Under the pieces are notes generated by a model, which made no database searches, was not told where the DNA came from, and worked only from the letters and a program-made list of their open reading frames with translations. Of a stretch of DNA of 64,000 nucleotides, positions 1 to 10,640 are shown in pieces. Numbering within the stretch: the first letter of the stretch is position 1; every line of letters begins with the position of its first letter. Both the position numbers and the translations under genes were made by a program. The DNA comes from Alphaproteobacteria bacterium (GTDB lineage: Bacteria > Pseudomonadota > Alphaproteobacteria > GCA-2731375), in NCBI GenBank assembly GCA_965225945.1, contig CBDDBZ010000024.1:1-64000 (forward strand). Direction: 5' to 3'.

Positions 1-24
1 TAAGGGAGAGCCGCGCCGCGCCGC

Positions 25-312
25 TTACCCATCGCCCGCGCCGAGGAAATCCTTCATCTGGTCCGGGTCCAGCAGGGGATGGATCTCGAAGGCCGCCGGA
101 ATGATGTCGCCCCATTCGTTCAACAGCGCATGCAGCCGCTCGTTGGAGGCGACGTCCAGGATCGCCACCGCGCCCCGTCCGGCGCGGCCATAGACCGAGC
201 GGACCTCGCCGGCCTCGATCAGGGGCTGAATCCAGCCCCAGTATTTTTGCCGGTTGGCCCGGGCCTCGCTCGGCCGGGTCGGCAACGGCTGAGAGACGAT
301 CAGGAACAGCAT
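25..312 (-). CDS. small DUF3303/muconolactone-isomerase-like protein
   Basis: 95 aa, GGGAG RBS, pattern GRGAVAILDVASNERLHALLNEW...FEIHPL. Confidence 0.6.
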   Translation of the reverse strand: MLFLIVSQPLPTRPSEARANRQKYWGWIQPLIEAGEVRSVYGRAGRGAVAILDVASNERLHALLNEWGDIIPAAFEIHPLLDPDQMKDFLGAGDG

Positions 313-411
313 GGGCGGTCTCCCTCATCGAACGACGTTCGAGGTGGTTGTAACCCGGCCTCGCCTGGATCACCATCTGCGCGATCTTCGTGGACGGCGG
401 GAGGACGCGTG

Positions 412-1344
412 ATGGCGGGCTACGAGTTGGCCTATGTCGCCTTGGTGGCGCGCGAGGCGGAGGCGCTGGGACGGCTGCTGGGCGAGGCCCTGGGGCTCGC
501 GCGGGCCGAGATCATGGCCGACGGCCGGGCGGTGCCGATCTACGCACTCGGCCGCTCGGGCCTGGCGATCTTCGCGGCCGACGATCCCTTCCTCGACGCC
601 CCGGCCCGCCCGGGGGTGCATCACATGGCGCTGGCGAGCGAGGATCCGGCGGCAAGCGCGGCGGCGCATGGTCTGCCGGTCCTGGCGGACGCGGCCCACA
701 CCCTCGACGGCCAGGCGCAGGCGGCGATCGATCCCGCCGCCACCTGCGGCATTCGCACCCGCTTTGCCGCGCCCCTGGCGCTTCCGCGCGTCGGGAGCCG
801 AGCGGTCGAGCGGATCGACCACCTCGGCATCGCCAGCGCCGACAACGACGAGGCCATCCGGGTCTTCACCGACAATCTCGGCTGCCCGCTGGAGAGCACC
901 CAGACCGATCTGCAGATCCACCTGGCGGTGGAGACCTTCACCTCCGACAAATATCCCGCCGTGCATCACACGCAGCCGTCCCGCGTCGTCGGCGGCCTGC
1001 GCGACGTCTTCATCACCGTCGGCGACTGCGAGTTGGAGTTTCTGCAGGACTACGATCCCAACCTGGGGCCGGCCGAGACCCGCCACGACGTCGCCGGCAA
1101 CACCAAGGGCGACCAGAGCGCGATCGCCCGCTATGTGGCGAAACATGGCCCCGGCCTGCACCACATCGGGCTGAAGACCGGCGACATCGACGCGGTGCTG
1201 GCGGCGTTGAAGGCGGCGGGCTATCGGATGATCGACACGGTCGGGCGGCCGGGTGGCCGCGCCTCGCTGATCGGCTTCATCCACCCCGGCAACTTCGGCG
1301 GCGGCCTGGTCATCCACTTCGTCGAGCGCGAGGAGATTTGTTGA
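412..1344 (+). CDS. two-domain VOC family protein (methylmalonyl-CoA epimerase-like)
   Basis: IDHLGIA, GLHHIGL and C-terminal HFVE metal motifs; ATG at 412 after GGAGG. Confidence 0.8.
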   Translation: MAGYELAYVALVAREAEALGRLLGEALGLARAEIMADGRAVPIYALGRSGLAIFAADDPFLDAPARPGVHHMALASEDPAASAAAHGLPVLADAAHTLDGQAQAAIDPAATCGIRTRFAAPLALPRVGSRAVERIDHLGIASADNDEAIRVFTDNLGCPLESTQTDLQIHLAVETFTSDKYPAVHHTQPSRVVGGLRDVFITVGDCELEFLQDYDPNLGPAETRHDVAGNTKGDQSAIARYVAKHGPGLHHIGLKTGDIDAVLAALKAAGYRMIDTVGRPGGRASLIGFIHPGNFGGGLVIHFVEREEIC

Positions 1345-1369
1345 TCGGGACGACGTGCGCCGGTCATGA

Positions 1370-2785
1370 CTAATCGAGAGGACCGTTTCTCGCGCTCCAG
1401 ATTTCCCGCCAAGCCTGAAACTCCGAGGGCCTGATCCGGTATCGCGCGAAGTTCCCCTCATGCAGTGAGAGAAGTTCGCTTTCCGCGGTTTCCCTGAACT
1501 TTTCACGCTCATCGGGCTCGACGTTACCGCGGGACCAAAGTGCTATTCGGGCAAGCGCGGATTTCCTGTCCATGCGTCGGCTGACGATCTCGCCGACGAT
1601 CCGACGTAGTCCGTCGCGATGCCTCAGCCGGAAGGGATCGGGCTCTCCGAGTGACTGTCTGACCGCCGCATAGCGAGCCGCCGAGCGCTTGTAGGCCCAG
1701 ACGAACACATCCCTCAGGAGGTCGACCTGCCCGAGTTCGTAAATGCCGAGCAGGGCTTCGGTGTAGGTATTCGTCGCCACGTCGGTGAACGAAAGCGGCA
1801 CCAGATTGGCCTTGATGAACGGGATGTTCGCGGCCAGGCGGGACACCCGTTTGTTCACATCGTCAAAGGGTTGCAGGTACGGCAACTGCGCCATCGCGAA
1901 GAAGGATTGCTCGAACGGATCCTCGATCGCCGAGGCGGTCGCCAAGATCTGGTCGAAGTATTCCTCGAGCATTTGCGGCACTTCGAGCGGGTGGAATACG
2001 GATTGCTCGATGCCGACCGCGATATGGCGCAGCCGCCCGGTCGCGTCCGGGTCCGCCAGCAGGTTGTTGGCCAGCAGGGCATGCAGGTTGAGAATGGTGT
2101 GTCGGTTGAAGCCGATGTCCTCGGCCGATGCGACGAGGAACTCGATCGCGTCCTTGTGGTTCAGGATCATCTGGGCTTCGAACCACGCCTTCCCCTCCGC
2201 CTCCTCGCCGAACTCGATGAGGCGTCTGGTATCGAGCAGGGAGTACGTGTTGCCCTCGAGACGGCTGGAACTCCACGACAGATCGATCAACAATCGGGAC
2301 AATAATCGCTTTGCATAGGTGCCGGCCGGTTGTTCCCCCATCGCCGGCGTGCCGACCTCCTTCAGACGCGCGCGATCCTCCTTGCGGATATAGGCGCTCA
2401 CATTCGGCCGGTAGGACTCCAAAAACGCGACGTCGTAGCCGACCGGCTTCCGCGCCTCGATCGGCTGGCGAACATATGTCCGGATCTCGGCACCGCGCTT
2501 CGAGACCGCTATGGCTGTCTCCGGCTCCCTTTCCTCACGAGTTTCCAGAGCGGTGGAATCGCGCTCGGCGTTGGTCTCGGAAATTCGGTAGATCGCCGCG
2601 CGTCTCTCGCCTTGTCTGACAAGACGGTTTTGGTCGACGAGATATTTCAGCCGATACTGAAGCGTGCGGCGAGGTGTCTCCGGTCCGAGCCCACGGGCGA
2701 TGTCCCGGAGGCCAATTCCGTCCGGCCGACTCCGCACGACGGCCTCGATGTCCTCCAAGGCCTCTCCGGGTATGCGCTTTGGCAT
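1370..2785 (-). CDS. Fic family protein with N-terminal HTH
   Basis: SSRLEGNT motif and non-canonical Fic loop LQPFDDVNKRVSR; N-terminal RRTLQYRL HTH; start could be 2824. Confidence 0.85.
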   Translation of the reverse strand: MPKRIPGEALEDIEAVVRSRPDGIGLRDIARGLGPETPRRTLQYRLKYLVDQNRLVRQGERRAAIYRISETNAERDSTALETREEREPETAIAVSKRGAEIRTYVRQPIEARKPVGYDVAFLESYRPNVSAYIRKEDRARLKEVGTPAMGEQPAGTYAKRLLSRLLIDLSWSSSRLEGNTYSLLDTRRLIEFGEEAEGKAWFEAQMILNHKDAIEFLVASAEDIGFNRHTILNLHALLANNLLADPDATGRLRHIAVGIEQSVFHPLEVPQMLEEYFDQILATASAIEDPFEQSFFAMAQLPYLQPFDDVNKRVSRLAANIPFIKANLVPLSFTDVATNTYTEALLGIYELGQVDLLRDVFVWAYKRSAARYAAVRQSLGEPDPFRLRHRDGLRRIVGEIVSRRMDRKSALARIALWSRGNVEPDEREKFRETAESELLSLHEGNFARYRIRPSEFQAWREIWSARNGPLD

Positions 2786-3174
2786 GTTTTCGACCTGTAT
2801 CTTGCGTATTTGATTCATGCGCAATTATATGGTTGTTTTGCGCAGTTTTCAAGGCGGCTCTCGGCCGTTACTGCGCATTCATGTGTGATATTGCGCAAAA
2901 ATCCAAGGAACGTCTTTGAACCCTCGTTCCGTCCCGCCGGCCAACCAGCTACACTGTGCCCGGAACCGGCGCTCGTCCGGGGACTTTCCAGCAAGGCCGG
3001 GTAGAAGAGACAGCGATGGGCGCTGTCGCCATCGCCGGCGTGGCTGCTGGTCGAGGACACCTTCGGCAAGGGTCATCGCAACCGACGGCTCGGCCCCAAG
3101 CCGGAACACTGGGCCTTCGTGCGAGCCCACGATAGAGCGCTAGCCAAGCGGAGCGACGAACGAGGGAGACTGCG

Positions 3175-3649
3175 ATGGCCGCGAACATGGGACAGACGGC
3201 ACCGGACGAGGAATGGCTCGCCAAGCTCGAGGAGCCGATTTTGGAGCCGGACCTCGCCATCGTCGATTCCCACCATCACCTCTGGCTGCGCGGCGACAAT
3301 CGCTATCTGCTGCCGGAATTCGCCACCGATCTGGCGAGCGGCCACAACATCGTCGCCACTATCTTCGCCGAATGTCGCGCCATGTACCGCCAGGCGGGGC
3401 CGGAGGCGGAGCGAAGCCTGGGCGAAACCGAGTTCGTCGCCGGCCAGGCGGCGATGAGCGCCGGTGGCCAGTTCGGGCCGACGCGAGCCTGCGCGGTCAT
3501 GTTCGGCAATATCGATATGACCTTGGGCGGGGCGGTCGAGCCCCTGCTGGAACGCCTTCAAACGCCTGGCCGCGGGCGCTTCGGCGGCGGAAAAGCGCGA
3601 CCTCTTCGCCGGCGCGGCGGCGCGGGCCTACCGGATGGATTTACCCTGA
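3175..3649 (+). pseudogene. amidohydrolase with large internal deletion
   Basis: N-terminus DSHHHLW runs to about 3555; the typical C-terminus WNAFKRLAAGASAAEKRDLF...MDLP* follows at once in another frame; junction ctggaacgcc. Confidence 0.8.
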
Positions 3650-3679
3650 CCTCTCGATCCATGCGACTCGGCACCGCGT

Positions 3680-3985
3680 CTATTCCTCCGGTTCGGTCGA
3701 GAACATGAGCGGATAGCCCGCCTCGCGCCCAGCCTCCGTGCCTTCCCTGGCCTTGGTCTCGGCGACATCCAGCGTATAGACCGCGACCACGCAGGTGCCG
3801 AGGCGATGGGCCGTCATCATGACCCGATTGGCCTGTTCGTCCCTCATGGCGAAGATCGCCCGCAACACCGCGACGACGAATTCGCGCGGCGTATAGTCGT
3901 CGTTCACGAGCAGGACCTTGTACAATCGTGGCCGCTTGGTCTTCGGCCGGGGTTTGGTGAGAGGTTTGGTCGAGTTGTCGCTCAT
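3680..3985 (-). CDS. clpS: ATP-dependent Clp protease adaptor ClpS
   Basis: LYKVLLVNDDYTPREFVV, MMTAH, YPLMFSTEPEE. Confidence 0.92.
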   Translation of the reverse strand: MSDNSTKPLTKPRPKTKRPRLYKVLLVNDDYTPREFVVAVLRAIFAMRDEQANRVMMTAHRLGTCVVAVYTLDVAETKAREGTEAGREAGYPLMFSTEPEE

Positions 3986-4067
3986 CGAGCCTTGCCGCCT
4001 ATCATGTCGTGGCGAACCCAAGGGACGGGGCGAAGTCTAGCACCCCGGGCTCACCGCCTCCATCGCC

Positions 4068-5678
4068 TCACTCCCGCTCCCGGCGCTCGCCGCCGATGTC
4101 GCTGCCGGCGGGGCGATGCGCGGCGTCGAGCCACTTCTCGACCTCGTGGCGTTGGATCTTGCCGGTGGTGCTTCGGGGAAAGGCGTCGAGGGCGACGAAG
4201 CGGAACTCCTTCGGCCGCTTGAAGCCGGCGAGCCGGCCGGCGCAGAGCTCGTGCAGCGCCGCCGCCGTCAGGCCCTTATCGTTCGCGGCGACGAAGGCGG
4301 TCGGCACCTCGCCCCAGCGGGCATCGGCCCGGCGGATCACCACCGCCTCGTCGATCCGGGCGTCGCCCCGCAGGACGGCCTCGATCTCCGCCGGATAGAC
4401 GTTCTCGCCGCCGGACTTGATCATGTATTTAACCCGGTCGACGAAATCGAGCGTGCCCTCGGCGTTGCGCCGGAGCACGTCGCCGGTGTGGAACCAGCCG
4501 CCGCGAAAGTCCCGCGCGTTGACCGCTTCGGCGTTCCAGTAGCCGCTGAAGAGCGAGGGGCCGCGAAAGGCGACCTCGCCGGGCGTGCCGCTCGCCACCT
4601 CCCGGTCGTCGGCATCGACCAGGCGGATCCGGTTCATGATGTCCTGGGTCTTCGACATCCGCTCCGGCACCTCGCCGATGGGGAACCAGTTGGCGGAGGC
4701 GAGCGGCAGGCCGCATTCGGTGGAGCCGAAGGTGTTCCAGAAGGGCGCGCGCAGAAGGGCGCTGACCCGGGCGATCAGATGGCGCGGCAGCAGATCGGCC
4801 TGGGCGCCTGCGAGGGTGACGCCGCGCGGCGTGATGCGCCTCGCTTCCAGCGCCTCGACCAGCCGGTCGACCATGCCGGGAATCAGCACCAGCCACCAGA
4901 TCGGCTCATCGGCGATCGCCCGGATGATATATTCGAGGTCTAAGCCGTCGGCGACCACGACCTTGCCGCCGAGCGAGAGCACGCCGAAAATGGGATCGAT
5001 CGAGGCGATGTGGAACATCGGCGTCCAGGCGAGCGCCGTATGCTCAGCCGTCAAGCCATATGAGATGCGGGCGATCTGCAGCCGCGCGATTTCCGCCCGG
5101 TGGCTGATCACCGCGCCTTTGGGCGCAGCCGTCGTGCCGCTGGTGTAGATGATCACCACGCCGTCCTCGGCCACGACCTCGGCCTCTGGCGCGGCGTCCG
5201 AGGCGGCGGCCAGCCGGGCTTCGTAGTCGTCGCCGAAACAAACCACCGCCTCGGCGCCGTGGGCGAGGCGCGCCAGGGTTTCGCGGTAGCGTTCGGATAC
5301 GAGCAGCAGTTTCGGCGTCGCCACCTGGATCGAGGTTTCGAGCTCGCCATCGGTCAGGCGCCAGTTGAAGGTCGCCAGGATCGCGCCGAGCTTGGCGGCG
5401 GCGAACAGGGCCTCGATGTATTCCAGACGATTCTCCGAGAGGATGCCGACGCGATTCCCCCGGCCGAGACCCATGGCGCTGAGCGCGTGGGCCAGCCGGT
5501 TGACCCGGCGATCGAAGTTGCCATAGGTCACAGTCCGCTCGTAGTCGACCACCGCGACGCGATCGGGTGTCCTTCCGGCCTGCAGCGCCAGAAGCTCGCC
5601 CAACGTCATGCTCCCCGCCCGGGCGACGGCACCCTCGACGTTCGCGCTGCCGCCCGGCGTGCTCGTCTCGTCTCGCAT
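4068..5678 (-). CDS. AMP-binding acyl-CoA synthetase
   Basis: YTSGTTAAPKG, WFHTGD, IKSGGENVYPAEIE, TGKIQR. Confidence 0.9.
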   Translation of the reverse strand: MRDETSTPGGSANVEGAVARAGSMTLGELLALQAGRTPDRVAVVDYERTVTYGNFDRRVNRLAHALSAMGLGRGNRVGILSENRLEYIEALFAAAKLGAILATFNWRLTDGELETSIQVATPKLLLVSERYRETLARLAHGAEAVVCFGDDYEARLAAASDAAPEAEVVAEDGVVIIYTSGTTAAPKGAVISHRAEIARLQIARISYGLTAEHTALAWTPMFHIASIDPIFGVLSLGGKVVVADGLDLEYIIRAIADEPIWWLVLIPGMVDRLVEALEARRITPRGVTLAGAQADLLPRHLIARVSALLRAPFWNTFGSTECGLPLASANWFPIGEVPERMSKTQDIMNRIRLVDADDREVASGTPGEVAFRGPSLFSGYWNAEAVNARDFRGGWFHTGDVLRRNAEGTLDFVDRVKYMIKSGGENVYPAEIEAVLRGDARIDEAVVIRRADARWGEVPTAFVAANDKGLTAAALHELCAGRLAGFKRPKEFRFVALDAFPRSTTGKIQRHEVEKWLDAAHRPAGSDIGGERRERE

Positions 5679-5819
5679 GGCCTCGCCACTCCTGGGGTCC
5701 ACGATACATCATCGCCGAGACGCCGGGCGGGCCGGTTCGCGATCACGGTTGCCGACGATCCGACGGCCGTGAGAGAATCGTTCGACCCCGAATCGGAACC
5801 GACCGCGCGAGCAAGGCCC

Positions 5820-7094
5820 GTGACTGATTTTCGCTTCCTTCATGCCGCCGATATTCACCTGGACAGCCCGCTGAAAGGGTTATCCGGCCACGATGGCGGT
5901 GCGGCCGAGCGTATCCGGACCGCGACGCGGGAGGCCTTCGACCAACTGATCGGTTTGGCGATCGAGGAGCGGGTCGCCTTCCTGATCATCGCGGGCGACC
6001 TCTATGATGGGGATTGGCGCGATTATCGCACGGGCCTGTTCTTCACCGCCCAGATGGGTCGCCTGAACGAGGCCGCCATCCCGGTTTATCTGCTGTACGG
6101 CAATCACGATGCCGAAAGCCAAATCACGCGTCGGTTGACGCTGCCCGGGAATGTTCACATTTTCGCCAACCGGAAGCCCGAGACCTTCGCAATCGAGGCG
6201 CTCGGCGTCGCCTTGCACGGCCAGGGTTTCCGCGAGCGCGACGTCACGGAAAACCTGGTGTTGGGATATCCCGATCCGATTGCCGGCGCCTTCAATATTG
6301 GCGTCCTACACACCGGTCTCGGTGGCATGGGCGGGCACGAGAACTACGCCCCCTGCACGCTGGCCGACTTGGTGAACAAGGGCTACGACTACTGGGCGCT
6401 GGGCCATGTCCATCAGGGCCAGATCCTCGGCCAGCGTCCCCACGTCGTCTTCCCCGGCAATCTGCAAGGCCGCCACATCCGCGAGGCCGGCGCGAAGGGC
6501 GCATGCCTGGTGTCGGTGCACGACGGCGAGGTCGCCGAGGTCGACACGCCGCGCCTCGACGTCGTGCGGTGGGCTCTGTTGGCCGTGGATCTGGAGGGGG
6601 TGGGTGCGCTCGGCGAGGTCGTGGATCGAATTCGCGATGCGCTGGAGGACGCGGTTTCCGATTCCTCGGACGGTCGCCTGCTGGCCTGCCGTGTGGAGCT
6701 TCGCGGGCGGAGCGACATCCACGAGCGCCTCGTCGCTTCCGAGGAAGATTTGCTCGCCGAGGCCCGCTCCCTGGCGCTGGGGCTGGGCGAGGACGTCGCT
6801 TGGATCGAAAAGCTCGTGCTCCGGACCGAGCCGGGAATCGACCCGGAGGCGCGCGCGGAGCGCGAAGACGCAATCGGCGAGTTGCAACGCGCGCTTCGCG
6901 ACGCCGCCGCCGATCCCGATCTCCTCAGTCGACTGCAATCCGATGTCGGCGAGATGGTGCGACACCTGCCCCACGAGGTGCGTGCCGAGACCGACGATGC
7001 GATCCTCGCGGCCGCGATCGAAGGCGACTATGGCGAGCTAATCACAAAGGTCATGCCGTACCTATCGGCGCGACTGGTGGCCGAGGAGGGCTAG
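5820..7094 (+). CDS. Mre11/SbcD-like metallophosphoesterase (YhaO-like)
   Basis: HAADIHLDSP, AGDLYD, GNHD, ALGHVH; GTG start at 5820. Confidence 0.9.
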   Translation: MTDFRFLHAADIHLDSPLKGLSGHDGGAAERIRTATREAFDQLIGLAIEERVAFLIIAGDLYDGDWRDYRTGLFFTAQMGRLNEAAIPVYLLYGNHDAESQITRRLTLPGNVHIFANRKPETFAIEALGVALHGQGFRERDVTENLVLGYPDPIAGAFNIGVLHTGLGGMGGHENYAPCTLADLVNKGYDYWALGHVHQGQILGQRPHVVFPGNLQGRHIREAGAKGACLVSVHDGEVAEVDTPRLDVVRWALLAVDLEGVGALGEVVDRIRDALEDAVSDSSDGRLLACRVELRGRSDIHERLVASEEDLLAEARSLALGLGEDVAWIEKLVLRTEPGIDPEARAEREDAIGELQRALRDAAADPDLLSRLQSDVGEMVRHLPHEVRAETDDAILAAAIEGDYGELITKVMPYLSARLVAEEG

Positions 7095-7096
7095 CC

Positions 7097-10000
7097 GTGC
7101 GGCTCGGAAGGCTCGATCTGCTGCGTTACGGCCACTTCACCGACAGGTCGATCGAGTTGCCCGTGAATGGACTCGACTTTCATATTGTATTCGGTCCCAA
7201 CGAGGCGGGGAAATCCACAGTGCTCGCGGCAGTAGGCGATCTGCTGTTCGGCATACCGATGCATTCGCCGTACAACTTTCGTCACGACTATTCGAGCATG
7301 CGGATCGGCGCGATTCTGCAAAACGGCGCGGCGGCGATACGAATCGTGCGCCGCAAGGGCAACAAGGACACGTTGCTCGGAACCGACGACGTGCCGATAC
7401 CCGGCGGCGAAAGCGCGTTGCGTCCCTATCTGACGGGGGCTGACCGCGCCTTTTTCGAACGAATGTTCAGCCTGGATCACCTTCGCCTCGCGCAAGGCGG
7501 CCGGGAGATCCTGGAGGCCAAGGACGAGGTTGGGCAGATGCTGTTTTCCGTCGGCGCGGGGATCGGTGGTCTACGCGACCGGTTGAGCGCCCTGAACACG
7601 GAGGCGGACAGTCTATGGGGCAAAAAGAGGGCAGGACGGCGGCTTTATACGAAGGCGGGCGACAAGCTGAAGGAAGCCCAACTGCAACTGCGCGAAGAGA
7701 CCTTCACCGCCAAGCGGTGGCACGATTTGAAGCGGACCCATCAAGCCGCCGAGGAAGCCCATGGGGAGGTCGAGGCGGAGTTCGAAAGGATGTCCGTCGA
7801 GGCCCAACGCCTCGCCCGCGTGCGTCGGATCTATCGCGACGTATTCCGAAAACATGAGCTCGAGACCCGGATCGAGACCTTGGGAAAGGTCGTCTCCCTG
7901 CCGGAGGATGCCGCACGGCTGCTGAGCGATGCCGAACGGAGGGAGGCCGACGCATCGACCCGAATAGAAACCTTGTCGGCTGAGTTGAAACAGGCGGGTG
8001 GCGCGCTCGAAAACTCGACATACGACCAAGAGCTGGTGTTGCGGGCGGACGACATAGGCCAGCTCCATGAGCGGCGGATCGAGATTCGGGGCGAGAAAGC
8101 CGATTTGCCGAAGCGGCAGGCCGAACTCGAGGCGGCGGAAGGCGAACTGCGCGCCCTGGCGAGGGAGCTGGGTTGGAAAGACGAGAAGGGCATCGGTGTG
8201 CTGATCGCCCGTATCGCGCCTCGCGCCGAGGTCGGCGTGGTTCGGTCGCTTCTGGGCCGGCGCGGCGAATTGACGTCGAACGAGACGAGCCGAACCGAGG
8301 CGTTGGAGGAAGCCGAAGCCGAATTGCGGGTACTTGCCGAGCGCCGGAGCGCCATGGAAGAGACGACCGACGTATCTCGCTTGTCGCGGGCATCGAGGAC
8401 GGTGCGGGATCGGGGCGATCTCGCTGGGCGCCTTCGCGCCGCCGGACAGCAGGTGGCGGACGCGCGGGAGCGCGGGGACCGGCTGCTCGCGTCCTTGCAC
8501 CCGGGCATTGCGAGTGAGGTGGCAGCCGTCGAGATGGCGGTGCCGGCGTTCGCCGCGATCGAGAACCACCGTGATCTGGTCGTCGATTCCGAGCGGCGCG
8601 CGCGCGAATTGCGTCAGCGGATCGAGACGGACGAATTGGAGCTCGAGCGCGCGCGCTCGAAGTACGAGCGCACCGCGCGAGAGGAATTCGCCCCCACCTC
8701 CGAGGCGTTGGAAGAAGTGCGGCGTCGTCGCGACGGGATCTGGGAATTGGTGAAGCTGAGCCATATCGAAGGGGTGGCGATCCCCGACGAATTGGCCGCC
8801 GCCCATGACGCGGACCTCGACGATTTGGCCGGGGCTTTCGAGGACGCGGCGCAAGCCGCCGACGAGACGGCCGACAGGCGGTTCGACCGGGCGGAGGCGG
8901 CCGGGCGATTGGCGGAAATGTCTCGGGCCATCGCGGAGCAGGGCGAGCGCCTCGATCAATCGACCCGCCAGGTTGAGAAGCTCGCCCGGGAGGGAGAGTC
9001 GCTGGAGATCACGTGGCGAGAATTTTGGAAACAGACGCCCGTCGAGCCCTCCGAGCCGGAGTCGATGCTCGAATGGTTGCGAATTCGGGGCGAGTTGCTG
9101 GAAACCATCGGCCATCGCGCGGAGGCGTCGAGTGCGCTGGAGATTCTACGCCTCGAAGAGCGGGATGCCAGGGCGCTGCTCGTGGCGGAGCTGACGGCCC
9201 TCCAGGTCGATCCCGCCACCTCGAGGAACCTCGAATTGGCCATGCTCCTGGAGCACGCCACCGACGTCGAGCGTGACCATGTCGCCCAGGCCGAGCGCGC
9301 GGCTCGACTGAAAGAGGCGTCGAGCGAAGCCCGCTCGGACGTGGAGCGGCGTCGGCGCGAACTCGAGCGTGCCGAAAAGGCGTCCTCGACATGGCGGGAG
9401 AAATGGTCGGTGGCGCTGGAGGGTCTCGGATTGGCGGCGGATTTGGCGCCAGAGGCCGTCGAGGCACAGCTCGACGTGATCGACAGGATGCGGGATTCGA
9501 CGAGCCGTATCAACAACTTGCGCCATGATCGGATCGGCAAGATCAACCGGGATGCCGAGGACTTCGAACGCGTGGTCGCGGACCTCGTGGGCGACGTGGC
9601 GAAAGACCTGGGGGGCGGGCACGCCGACGACGCCGTCCTCGAATTGGAGCGACGGCTGGGGGACGCCCAACGTGTTCGAGATCTCGTGGTGGCCAAGAAA
9701 GCGGAAATCGAGCGTTTGGAAGAACAGGTGGCCGCCTTGGAGGAGACGCGCCGCGAGGCACGTGAGTCGGTGGGTCATCTCGAGCATGCGGCCGCCGCCA
9801 CCACGATCGAAGAATTGCGGGAAGCGATCGAGAAATCCGATTCTCTTCGCCGGCTGCAAGACGAGATGAGCGAGACGTCGCGGACGCTCGAGGCTGAAGG
9901 AGATGGCCGATCAGTCGACGCCTTGGTGGAAGAATGCGCCGGAATCGACGTCGATTCTATCGCGGCGAGGGAAGAAACCATCGCCGACACGTTGAAATCG

Positions 10001-10627
10001 CTGCGCGAGCGATTGACCGCGGCGACCGATGCTAGGTCGGTGGCGCGGGAGGCGTTTCAAGCGGTCGGGGGCGGCGATGCCGCCGCGCGTGCCGCGGCGA
10101 TGCGCCAGGAAGCATTTGCGGAACTGGGTGAGGTGGCCAGACGCTATGCGCGCGTCCGGAGCTCGGCGATCCTTCTGCAATGGGCGATTGACCGCTATAT
10201 GGACGAGAAAAAGGGACCGCTTCTCAAGCGGGCGGGAGAGCTCTTCGCCACGATCACGGGCGGATCGTTTATGGAGCTACGTGTCGATTACGACGACCGG
10301 GACAGGGTCCAACTCATCGGCCGGCGCCCCGATGGCACGTTCGTGCCGGTGCTGGGCATGAGTACTGGTACCGAGCATCAGCTCTACTTGGCGCTCCGCG
10401 TGGCGTCGATCGAGGATTACCTCGAACGTGCCGATGCGCTGCCGTTCATTGCGGACGACCTATTCATCGATTTCGACGAGGATCGATCGGCGGCGGGGTT
10501 CGAAGTCCTGGCGCACTTGGCGCAAAGGACGCAGGTCCTCTTTTTTACCCATGATCGCCATCTAGTCGAGATCGCACGCGACAAGCTGGGAAGTTCCCTC
10601 CACGTGACGATCTTATCGGACGGCTGA
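7097..10627 (+). CDS. YhaN-like Rad50/SMC-type ATPase (AAA_27) with long coiled coil
   Basis: Walker A GPNEAGKST, signature MSTGTEHQLYLALR, Walker B FIADD, FFTH; starts 2 nt after the nuclease stop. Confidence 0.9.
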   Translation: MRLGRLDLLRYGHFTDRSIELPVNGLDFHIVFGPNEAGKSTVLAAVGDLLFGIPMHSPYNFRHDYSSMRIGAILQNGAAAIRIVRRKGNKDTLLGTDDVPIPGGESALRPYLTGADRAFFERMFSLDHLRLAQGGREILEAKDEVGQMLFSVGAGIGGLRDRLSALNTEADSLWGKKRAGRRLYTKAGDKLKEAQLQLREETFTAKRWHDLKRTHQAAEEAHGEVEAEFERMSVEAQRLARVRRIYRDVFRKHELETRIETLGKVVSLPEDAARLLSDAERREADASTRIETLSAELKQAGGALENSTYDQELVLRADDIGQLHERRIEIRGEKADLPKRQAELEAAEGELRALARELGWKDEKGIGVLIARIAPRAEVGVVRSLLGRRGELTSNETSRTEALEEAEAELRVLAERRSAMEETTDVSRLSRASRTVRDRGDLAGRLRAAGQQVADARERGDRLLASLHPGIASEVAAVEMAVPAFAAIENHRDLVVDSERRARELRQRIETDELELERARSKYERTAREEFAPTSEALEEVRRRRDGIWELVKLSHIEGVAIPDELAAAHDADLDDLAGAFEDAAQAADETADRRFDRAEAAGRLAEMSRAIAEQGERLDQSTRQVEKLAREGESLEITWREFWKQTPVEPSEPESMLEWLRIRGELLETIGHRAEASSALEILRLEERDARALLVAELTALQVDPATSRNLELAMLLEHATDVERDHVAQAERAARLKEASSEARSDVERRRRELERAEKASSTWREKWSVALEGLGLAADLAPEAVEAQLDVIDRMRDSTSRINNLRHDRIGKINRDAEDFERVVADLVGDVAKDLGGGHADDAVLELERRLGDAQRVRDLVVAKKAEIERLEEQVAALEETRREARESVGHLEHAAAATTIEELREAIEKSDSLRRLQDEMSETSRTLEAEGDGRSVDALVEECAGIDVDSIAAREETIADTLKSLRERLTAATDARSVAREAFQAVGGGDAAARAAAMRQEAFAELGEVARRYARVRSSAILLQWAIDRYMDEKKGPLLKRAGELFATITGGSFMELRVDYDDRDRVQLIGRRPDGTFVPVLGMSTGTEHQLYLALRVASIEDYLERADALPFIADDLFIDFDEDRSAAGFEVLAHLAQRTQVLFFTHDRHLVEIARDKLGSSLHVTILSDG

Positions 10628-10640
10628 GTTCTCCGCCGCT

